NCBI GenBank assembly: GCA_964429775.1
Contig: CAYSDJ010000001.1
Coordinates: 157,615-221,614 of the forward strand
Direction: 5' to 3'
Source of the DNA: an uncultured Rhizobiaceae bacterium
Lineage (GTDB): Bacteria; Pseudomonadota; Alphaproteobacteria; UBA828
Length of the DNA stretch: 64,000 bases
Shown: positions 48,491-56,323 of the stretch, one piece after another
How positions within the stretch are numbered: the first letter of the stretch is position 1
Layout of the letters: every line of letters begins with the position of its first letter
Made by a program: the position numbers and the translations under genes
The notes under the pieces: model-generated
Seen by the model: only the letters and a program-made list of their open reading frames with translations
Told to the model about the DNA's origin: nothing
The model's database searches: none

Positions 48491-49627
48491 ATGATTTCAG
48501 CAGACGATTTTCTAAGGCCGGCGAGCGCACGCGGATTCGATTTTTATTGCGGCGTGCCATGCTCTTTTCTCACGCCGCTCATTAACCGGGTCATTTCGGA
48601 CCCGAAGCTCGACTATGTCGGCGCCGCGAGCGAAGGCGAGGCGGTGGCGATCGCCGCCGGCGCCTGGCTGGCCGGACGCAAAAGCGTGGCGATGTGCCAG
48701 AATTCCGGTCTCGGCAATATGATCAATCCGCTGACCTCGCTCAATTGGCCGTTCCGCATCCCGGGCCTGATCATCGTCACCTGGCGCGGCCAGGCCGGAC
48801 TCAAGGACGAGCCGCAGCATGAGTTGATGGGCGAGATTACCGCCGGGATGCTGGACGTCATCCGCGTCCCGCACGCGCCCTTCCCGACGGAGGTAAGCCA
48901 GATTGAGGCCACCCTGGAGAACGCCGAAAACAGCATGGCGAAGACCGGCCTGCCATATGCCCTGATCATGGAGAAGGGTTCGGTGGCGGCGGAAACGCTC
49001 GATCAACCGCCGCCGCCGGCGCCACCCTCGGGCGAACTCGAGGACCGCAGCGGTGGCGGCGAACGCCCGGCCCGCGCGGCGGCGCTAGAGGCCGTGCTCG
49101 CATCCGCCCCCGATGAGGCCGCCATCATCGCCACCACGGGAAAAACCGGGCGCGAATTGTTCACCCTCAACGACCGTCCCCAACAAATCTATCAGGTCGG
49201 CTCGATGGGCTGCGCCGGTGCCATGGGATTGGGCGTGGCGCTCAACAGCACACGCCCGGTGATCGTCATCGACGGCGACGGTGCGGCGCTGATGAAAATG
49301 GGCGCGCTCGCCACCATCGGCGCTTACGCGCCGGAGAATCTTGTGCATCTCATTTTCGACAATGGCGTGCATGATTCGACCGGTGGCCAGGCCACGGTCT
49401 CGCCCGGCGTCTCCTTTGCCGCCGCCGCCCAGGCCTGCGGCTACCGGACAAGCTATCTGTGCGATTCACTGGCCGGCTTTGAAGAGAGCTTGCGCGATGC
49501 CCTGGCGGCAGCGAAACCGGCCCTCATTCACCTCCGCACCGCGCCCGGCGCGATGAGCCCGCTCGGCCGCCCAACGGTCAAGCCGGCCGATGTGGCGCGC
49601 CGGTTTCAGAAATTCCTCGCCTCATGA
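48491..49627 (+). CDS. ppd: Phosphonopyruvate decarboxylase (single chain)
   Basis: GVPCS, EGEAVA, QNSGLGN, DEPQH, GSMG, DGDGAALM...N (TPP motif), STGGQ. Confidence 0.92.
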   Translation: MISADDFLRPASARGFDFYCGVPCSFLTPLINRVISDPKLDYVGAASEGEAVAIAAGAWLAGRKSVAMCQNSGLGNMINPLTSLNWPFRIPGLIIVTWRGQAGLKDEPQHELMGEITAGMLDVIRVPHAPFPTEVSQIEATLENAENSMAKTGLPYALIMEKGSVAAETLDQPPPPAPPSGELEDRSGGGERPARAAALEAVLASAPDEAAIIATTGKTGRELFTLNDRPQQIYQVGSMGCAGAMGLGVALNSTRPVIVIDGDGAALMKMGALATIGAYAPENLVHLIFDNGVHDSTGGQATVSPGVSFAAAAQACGYRTSYLCDSLAGFEESLRDALAAAKPALIHLRTAPGAMSPLGRPTVKPADVARRFQKFLAS

Positions 49628-50247
49628 CCGGTTCAGATCGGCTCGACATCGCCGCCTTCGACGGACACACGCACCTCGCGGCCCATCAGTTTCAACAGGA
49701 TCAGCACCCGGTCGGAATCAAGCTCGGCCTGAAACACGCCCTCAAGATCGGCCATCGGCCCGCTCTGAATACGCACCTGATCGCCCGGCTCCATGGCGCT
49801 CTGCATAATGTCGAAAACGCCGTCATCGCCGGCTCGGGCAACAAGCCCGGCAATGATATCGTCGCCGATGGCGACAGGGCCATCGGCGCCGGAAACGATG
49901 TTGTGGACGCCGAATGTCGAGAGGATGGGCCGCCACGGCTGACTGTCGAGATCGACGCGGACGAACAGATAGCGCGGAAAAAGCGGCCGCAACACGCTTT
50001 CGACGCGGCGCGCATGACGCCGGGTCTTGCGGTACATCGGCAACCAGACCTCATATTCCTGGCGCAACAGATTGGTCTCGGCGCGTTTCTCCGAACCGAC
50101 ACGGCAATGGACCACGTACCATTGTCTCATAAAGCTGCCAATCCGCCTTTCCCTCTCCATAGCCGCCATCGCGGCGACATGTTATCTAGCTTGCACAGCC
50201 TGATCCGAGTAAACTCCGCTGGGCGCGCAATCAAGTTATATTCATGA
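49624..50247 (+). other. Candidate bridge ORF antisense to rfaH
   Basis: ATG overlaps the ppd stop (49624-49627); TGA overlaps the next ATG (50244-50247); stays open through a 113-bp spacer. Confidence 0.35.
49633..50130 (-). CDS. rfaH: NusG-paralog transcription antiterminator (RfaH-like), inverted relative to its neighbours
   Basis: WYVVH, NLLRQEYEVWLP, PLFPRYLFV, STFGV, KOW motif GDQVRIQSGP. Confidence 0.85.
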   Translation of the reverse strand: MRQWYVVHCRVGSEKRAETNLLRQEYEVWLPMYRKTRRHARRVESVLRPLFPRYLFVRVDLDSQPWRPILSTFGVHNIVSGADGPVAIGDDIIAGLVARAGDDGVFDIMQSAMEPGDQVRIQSGPMADLEGVFQAELDSDRVLILLKLMGREVRVSVEGGDVEPI

Positions 50248-51269
50248 CCGCAGCACAAATAACCCCAAAATCCAAAGGCCCCGCGAAGCGGTTGATTCTG
50301 ATCACGCTAAAGCTCGCTGTCACCGGAGCGTTGGCCTGGTATTTGTGGGACAAGCACAAGGAAGATTTGCTGAAAATCGATCAGCATTTGGCAAGTTTCG
50401 ATATCGCGTGGGGTGTGCTCGCGCTTGCCTTGATCACCTTGCTGTTCTTTATCGCCGCCGGCCGCTGGTTGATATATACGCGCGCGCTGAATATCCCGCT
50501 CGGCATCGGCGCGGCTTTTCGCCTTTACCTCATCGGTCAATTCTTCGGCCAGGTGCTGCCGGCCGGCGTCGGCGGAGACGCGGTGCGCATATGGTTGCTG
50601 TCGCGCCGTCGCGTCGCTGTCGGGGCGGGTGCCGCGAGTGTCGTGCTGGAACGCATGACCGGCTTGATCGGCCTTCTCATTCTTATGGCCGTACTGCTCC
50701 CTCTCACCTTCTCCTATGTCGATGATACTGCGGCGCGTTTGACCATCATCTTTTTGATCGCCGCCGGCGGCGGCGCAATTTGCGCCATCGTTGCGCTTTC
50801 CTTCCTACCGCGCCTGATCGAAAAATGGCGCAACGTTGCGCTGGTTTCAAAACTAGCCGACGCGGCGAGCGATGCGCGGCGCGCCGGCTTCATGCTCAAA
50901 CCGGCACTGAGCGTTTTGTTACTGTCCCTGTCGATGCATCTCATGGCGATCCTCTCCGCCTATATTTTGGCGCGCGGTTTAGGCATGGATATAACGGCGC
51001 TTGAATGCCTTGCCCTGGTGCCTGTTGTCCTGCTGATCTCCACCTTGCCGATTTCGTTGGCCGGGTGGGGCATGCGCGAAGGCGCCATGGTAGCGGCGCT
51101 AAGCTTCACCGGCGTGGAAAATAGCGAGGCGTTGGCACTCTCGATTTTGTTCGGCCTCGCCATCCTGGCGGTCAGCCTACTCGGTGCTATTTTTTGGCTT
51201 GTCCAAGGACGCCATCCGGCGCCCGGCACGGTGAGCGAGAAAAGCGCCGCCGAGGCCGCGCTGCAATGA
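50244..51269 (+). CDS. Lysylphosphatidylglycerol-synthase TM-domain (UPF0104) flippase-like membrane protein
   Basis: RW, FFGQVLPAGVGGDAVR, LERMTG, LPISLAGWGMREG. Confidence 0.85.
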   Translation: MTAAQITPKSKGPAKRLILITLKLAVTGALAWYLWDKHKEDLLKIDQHLASFDIAWGVLALALITLLFFIAAGRWLIYTRALNIPLGIGAAFRLYLIGQFFGQVLPAGVGGDAVRIWLLSRRRVAVGAGAASVVLERMTGLIGLLILMAVLLPLTFSYVDDTAARLTIIFLIAAGGGAICAIVALSFLPRLIEKWRNVALVSKLADAASDARRAGFMLKPALSVLLLSLSMHLMAILSAYILARGLGMDITALECLALVPVVLLISTLPISLAGWGMREGAMVAALSFTGVENSEALALSILFGLAILAVSLLGAIFWLVQGRHPAPGTVSEKSAAEAALQ

Positions 51270-52762
51270 ACCCGAAACCCCAGGCGCTTCACCTCGTGAC
51301 AGATTCACCGGCTGAAGACGGACGCAGCCGGCGCAAGAAATCGGTCAGCGAATATTATGACCGCGCCGCGCCGGGGCGCGATAAGTGGATCGCGCGCAAT
51401 GAATATTTCCACGAGGAGGATCGCCGCTTCACACGCTTTCTCGTGCCACCGGGGCTCAAGATATTGGACCTCGGATGCGGCACCGGCAATATGCTGGCGA
51501 GCCTTGAGCCGTCCGAAGGCGTCGGCCTCGACATCAGCCCGAAAATGGTTGAGATGGCGCGGCAAAATTATCCTGAAGAGCGCCATCCCAATCTGACCTT
51601 CCATGTTGCCGACATCGAAGACCTCGAATCGCTTGAGGCGCTGGACGGGCCGTTCGACGTTATTCTGCTCTCCGATACGGTCGGCCTGTTGGAAGACGTC
51701 GAGGCGACCCTGGCCAGCCTGCACCGCCTGTCCTCGAACGAAACGCGCATTGTCGTCGCCTATTATTCCTGGTTGTGGACCCCGATTATTGCCATGGCGG
51801 AATTGTTCGGCGCCAAGATGCGGCAAATTCCGCTCAATCGGCTCGGGCCTGAGGATATCACCGCCCTTTTGGAGCTCGCGGATTTTGATGTCATCAAACG
51901 GGATTGGCGCCAGCTCGTACCCAAGCGTCTGTTCGGCTTGGGCCCGATCATTAACCGCTCGCTCGCGACGCTGCCGATTGTGCGCAGATTCTGCGTGCGC
52001 CACTATGCTGTCGCGCGCTCAAAGCGCCATGCCGGGCTCGACAATCCGTCCACCACGGTGGTCATCCCATGCCGCAATGAGCGCGGCAATATTGCGCCGG
52101 CGGTCGAGCGCATGCCGCCTTTTTGTGACGATATGGAAATTCTTTTTGTCGAGGGCCACAGCAGCGACGGCACGGGCGAGGAAATCGAGCGCGTTATCGC
52201 GCACCATCCGGAGCATGATATTAAGTTTCTCGTCCAGGACGGTGAAGGCAAGGGCAACGCGGTCCATATGGCGTTCGAAGCGGCGCGTGGCGATGTCCTG
52301 ATGATTCTCGATGCCGATTTGACCGTCCCGCCCGAAGCCTTGCCCAAATTTTACAACGCGCTGGTGGCCGGCAAGGGAGAATTCATCAACGGCACGCGTC
52401 TGGTCTATCCAATGGAGAAGCGCGCCATGCGGCCGCTCAATCTGATCGCTAATTTTTGCTTCTCCATCGTCTTCTCCTGGCTCTTGAATCAGCGCTTCAC
52501 CGATACGCTGTGCGGCACCAAGGTGTTGACCAAGGCGCATTATCTCGATATCGCGCGCAACCGCGCCTATTTCGGGGATTTCGATCCGTTCGGCGATTTC
52601 GACCTGATTTTCGGCGCCTCCAAGCTCAATCTGAAAGTGATTGAAATCCCGATCCGCTACGCCGAGCGAACCTATGGCAGCACCCAGATATCGCGCTTCC
52701 GCCACGGTGTCCTGTTGCTGCGCATGGTCGTCTTCGCGTTTCGCAAACTAAAAGCCTTCTGA
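51266..52762 (+). CDS. SAM methyltransferase fused to a GT2 (polyprenyl-phosphate glycosyltransferase-like) domain
   Basis: ILDLGCGTG; VVIPCRNE, GKGNAV, ILDADL, DTLCGTK, DPFGDFDL. Confidence 0.88.
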   Translation: MNPKPQALHLVTDSPAEDGRSRRKKSVSEYYDRAAPGRDKWIARNEYFHEEDRRFTRFLVPPGLKILDLGCGTGNMLASLEPSEGVGLDISPKMVEMARQNYPEERHPNLTFHVADIEDLESLEALDGPFDVILLSDTVGLLEDVEATLASLHRLSSNETRIVVAYYSWLWTPIIAMAELFGAKMRQIPLNRLGPEDITALLELADFDVIKRDWRQLVPKRLFGLGPIINRSLATLPIVRRFCVRHYAVARSKRHAGLDNPSTTVVIPCRNERGNIAPAVERMPPFCDDMEILFVEGHSSDGTGEEIERVIAHHPEHDIKFLVQDGEGKGNAVHMAFEAARGDVLMILDADLTVPPEALPKFYNALVAGKGEFINGTRLVYPMEKRAMRPLNLIANFCFSIVFSWLLNQRFTDTLCGTKVLTKAHYLDIARNRAYFGDFDPFGDFDLIFGASKLNLKVIEIPIRYAERTYGSTQISRFRHGVLLLRMVVFAFRKLKAF

Positions 52763-53499
52763 TGGCCGGCGCCGCACCGGCGACGCAACTCGATTCATAC
52801 CGCGAAACCTGGCGCAGCAAACCGGTATTGCGTGCTCTCTATGCCGATTATTACCGCCGTATGGTCAAACTTATGAAACCCGGCAAGACGCTCGAATTGG
52901 GCGCGGGCAGCGGCCACTTGCGCGCCCATTCAACGGATGCCGTACTCACCGATATACAGCCGGCGCCGTGGCTCGATGCCGCCGCCGATGCCCAGGCCCT
53001 GCCGTTCCGCGATGGCTGCTTTGACAATATTGTCCTCCTCGATGTTCTCCACCATGTCGAGAACCCGGCGCTGTTTTTTACCGAGGCCGCGCGCGTGCTC
53101 AAGCCCGGCGGGCGGGTGGTCATGTTGGAGCCCGCGATTACGCCGCTGAGCGCCGTGTTTTACCGCTATTTCCATCCCGAGCCGGTCAACATGCAGCAGG
53201 ACCCGTTCGCCGATGTGCCCGCCAGTCCGGCACGCGATCCTTATGACGCCAATCAGGCGATCCCGACACTGTTGTTCCGCCGCCACCGGGCTGCGTTCAG
53301 CCAACATTATCCAAGCTTCCGTCTCACCAGGGTGCGCAATTTGAGCCTTTTCGCTTTTCCACTCTCCGGCGGATTTCGCCGCTGGAGCCTGATGCCCGCC
53401 TTTCTTGTCCGCCCGCTTCTTATGCTTGAAGATGGCCTCCTTGTGTTGGTTGGCCCAGCGATGGCCTTTCGCCTCCTTGTTATGCTGGAGCGGCGCTAG
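52762..53499 (+). CDS. Class I SAM-dependent methyltransferase
   Basis: LELGAGSG, DAQALPF, DVLHH, RVLKPGG. Confidence 0.88.
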   Translation: MAGAAPATQLDSYRETWRSKPVLRALYADYYRRMVKLMKPGKTLELGAGSGHLRAHSTDAVLTDIQPAPWLDAAADAQALPFRDGCFDNIVLLDVLHHVENPALFFTEAARVLKPGGRVVMLEPAITPLSAVFYRYFHPEPVNMQQDPFADVPASPARDPYDANQAIPTLLFRRHRAAFSQHYPSFRLTRVRNLSLFAFPLSGGFRRWSLMPAFLVRPLLMLEDGLLVLVGPAMAFRLLVMLERR

Positions 53500-53502
53500 A
53501 CA

Positions 53503-54891
53503 ATGACGCAATCGCGAGCCCTTTGGCTGATATTCACCGCCGCAATTTTGGCTCGCTTCGCCTATACAATCGGCCTTTACATCGCCATGGGCGCCGAGGG
53601 GTTACAGGCCGAGGATTCACTGCTCTATTTCCAACTGAGCCAGGCATTCGTCGCCGAGGGCGATTTCGTGCGCGCGCTCGGCGTTGGCGCCGGATTTGTG
53701 CCCGAGACAGAGCGCATGCCGCTCTATACGATTTGGCTCGCCCTCCATCAATTTGTCAGCGGTGTATCGGAGCCACTGTTCCCGGCCTTGACGCAAGGCG
53801 TGCTCGATGCCTTCGCCTGCGTGCTGATCGCGCGAACCGCAATGATTTTGAGTCCGCGCCTGGTTCTTCCCGCTGGCCTGTTTGCTGCCTTCAATCCAAC
53901 GCAAATTGTCGTCGGCGCCATGATTCTAACGGATTCGCTATTTTTCTTTCTCGTCTGCCTGATGCTCTATGCCGCTGTGCAATGGCTCCGTCAACCAGCC
54001 TGGCGGTGGGCGCTACTCCTCGGCCTGGCGCTTGGCCTTGGCATCTCCACCCGTGTCATGCTGATACCGGCGGCGGGAGTGTTGGCAATTTTACTCCCGC
54101 TTGCGGCAATCCGGCTGCGCCGCTTCCGCCTTCAAAATCTCGCCCATATACTGCTCTTCGTCGCGATTTGTGCCGCATTGCAGGCGCCGATCCTGGCGCG
54201 CAATATCAGCCACTACGGCAGCGCTCAATTGACCAGCCAGGGTGGCGCGCACACCCTGCTGTGGGTGTTGCCCTTAGTCTTGGAAGCGCGCGACGGCACG
54301 CCGCATGCCGAAGGAGCGCGGCTCATGCGGGACCGATATAAACAGGAAATCGGCGGGATCGAGCCGGACAATCCGTTCGAACGCTCGCGTTTGATGTCGG
54401 CCACGGCAGGGCGCGCCATCGCCGAATTGGGCTTCGGCGCCGCCGCCAAAGCCTGGCTGATCGGCGGCGCGATCAATCTTTTTTCGCCCGCCGCGATTCT
54501 CTCGCCGCCGGTCAGCACGCTGCCGCGCACCGGGTTCTACGACATGGCGGGCGACAGCAAGGTGGCGAAACTATCCGCTTTCCTGTTCGACAATGACAAT
54601 CCAACCTACGCCTGGGTATTGCTGCTCAGCTTTCTCGCCCTCCTGGGTCTGCGGGCCGCCCAGCTCTGGGGCCTAGGTGCCGGCCTGATAGGCCGGACGA
54701 GCCGAGAGACACGCCTTATCCTCGCCCTCTTATTGCTCTGGACATTCTATATTTTATTGGTGAACGGCCCCATCGCCTCGCCAAAATACCGCCTGCCGAT
54801 CGAGCCCCTAAGTGCCATTTTAGCCGCCTTTGCCTGGCTTACGGTGCAGGGCTGGTTTCAGCGTCGCGCGCCGCGGCGGCGAGAACAATAG
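53503..54891 (+). CDS. Multi-pass GT-C (ArnT/PMT-like) glycosyltransferase
   Basis: EDSxxY after the first TM helix, RMPLY, ILTDSLF, RN, terminal PKYRLP. Confidence 0.7.
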   Translation: MTQSRALWLIFTAAILARFAYTIGLYIAMGAEGLQAEDSLLYFQLSQAFVAEGDFVRALGVGAGFVPETERMPLYTIWLALHQFVSGVSEPLFPALTQGVLDAFACVLIARTAMILSPRLVLPAGLFAAFNPTQIVVGAMILTDSLFFFLVCLMLYAAVQWLRQPAWRWALLLGLALGLGISTRVMLIPAAGVLAILLPLAAIRLRRFRLQNLAHILLFVAICAALQAPILARNISHYGSAQLTSQGGAHTLLWVLPLVLEARDGTPHAEGARLMRDRYKQEIGGIEPDNPFERSRLMSATAGRAIAELGFGAAAKAWLIGGAINLFSPAAILSPPVSTLPRTGFYDMAGDSKVAKLSAFLFDNDNPTYAWVLLLSFLALLGLRAAQLWGLGAGLIGRTSRETRLILALLLLWTFYILLVNGPIASPKYRLPIEPLSAILAAFAWLTVQGWFQRRAPRRREQ

Positions 54892-56212
54892 CGCTGAGGA
54901 CGAGAAAAACGCCCTGCCACCAGGCCGCCCAAATCGAAAAATTGAGCATTGAGGACGACCAGAAGGCGACGAAAACGGCGATGCCGCAGGCCGCCGTCCC
55001 AGGTGAGGTATTGCCGACCCTGAGCCACAGCCTGAGCAGCAGAACCAATGTCATCAACAGCATCACCAAGCCGACCGCTCCGGTCTCGAGAAATACTTCC
55101 AGCAACCAGCTATGCGGATGGGACGGGATAAAGGTCTGATTGAATTTTTCAATCAGCACGGAAGCGCCGGGCAGATAATTGCTGACATCGATGCCATGCC
55201 CGAAGAACGGCGCCTCCAATCCCTTGTTGAAAGCAAAACCCCAAATATGTTGGCGATGGGCGTCGATCAGGGAAACCGGCAGGCTGGTATCGACCGGACC
55301 ATGATAGATACCGTCAACAATCTGTCCGGCCTCGGGCGGCGGCGGCAAGTGAGCGAGAACCCAGGCGAAGGCCAAAATCAACAACAGCGCCAACAAGCCG
55401 AGAAAGAGCGCCGCGGCGCGGCCGCGCAGCACTTGCCAGCACTGGCACACGCCAACGATGGCCCCCACCGCCGCACCGGCGACAAGGCCAAAGAGACCCG
55501 CCAGACTGTCGACCGCGAAGATCAGCACAATTGCGGCCGGCACATAAACCAGCCCGGCGATACGCCAGCGCCCACCGAGGCGGAAACCGGCCCAGAGCAC
55601 CACCGGTGTGAGACAAGCCAGGGCAGAGCCATAATATTTGAGAATTTGCGCCGCGTTGATATCGACCCAGCCCTTGCCGCGAAAGAGACCATAGATTGGG
55701 CTCGCCGCATAGAGGCCCAAAAGGGCAATCAATGCACAAACCAGGCTGGCCACGATCAAAGCGCGCAGACAGCTATCGAGAGCGCCGCGTGACAGAAAAT
55801 GATAAATCAACGCGGCGACGACAACGAATCCGGCCATCCGTCCCCAAACGCCGATCGAACGGCCGAAATCGGGCGAATCGATCACGCCAGGCAGCCACAG
55901 AATAAATGTTAGCAGAATTGCCAGGCCAAGCGGTGCGCGTCCGCCGCGTGCGAAATCCGCCACCAAGTGACGGCGTCCCGGCGCCGCCAGCAGGAGAATG
56001 AGGGCGAGCGCCAGGGCGACGCCGGATACCGCCGGGCTCGACGCCAGCAACGGAATGCCGATGCCGGCAAAGATCGCGGCGGCGAGCGTCAACACAGGCG
56101 CACGCGGCGCGATCGGCGTATTCCCTTCCTGGCTCGCAACGGACAAAGGCTCGGCCTCCCAAAATTTGGCAGCCTTGTCATGTAACACCGCAATCAAGGC
56201 GCGGCAAACCAC
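54839..56212 (-). CDS. O-antigen ligase/polymerase (Wzy_C) family membrane protein
   Basis: Many TM helices; RQHIW, PFFGHG, HPHSWLLEVFLETGAVG. Start uncertain. Confidence 0.8.
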   Translation of the reverse strand: MVCRALIAVLHDKAAKFWEAEPLSVASQEGNTPIAPRAPVLTLAAAIFAGIGIPLLASSPAVSGVALALALILLLAAPGRRHLVADFARGGRAPLGLAILLTFILWLPGVIDSPDFGRSIGVWGRMAGFVVVAALIYHFLSRGALDSCLRALIVASLVCALIALLGLYAASPIYGLFRGKGWVDINAAQILKYYGSALACLTPVVLWAGFRLGGRWRIAGLVYVPAAIVLIFAVDSLAGLFGLVAGAAVGAIVGVCQCWQVLRGRAAALFLGLLALLLILAFAWVLAHLPPPPEAGQIVDGIYHGPVDTSLPVSLIDAHRQHIWGFAFNKGLEAPFFGHGIDVSNYLPGASVLIEKFNQTFIPSHPHSWLLEVFLETGAVGLVMLLMTLVLLLRLWLRVGNTSPGTAACGIAVFVAFWSSSMLNFSIWAAWWQGVFLVLSAIVLAAAARDAETSPAP

Positions 56213-56323
56213 CGTTTTTGCACCACTTCAGAGGCAAGCGCCGGGCCGGCGATTGACGTGCGGCGGGGGCGGGCGGTAGGTTCGGCCTCGAGCCCTTCAA
56301 ACCCCTCTGAGCCCGCGACGCGC

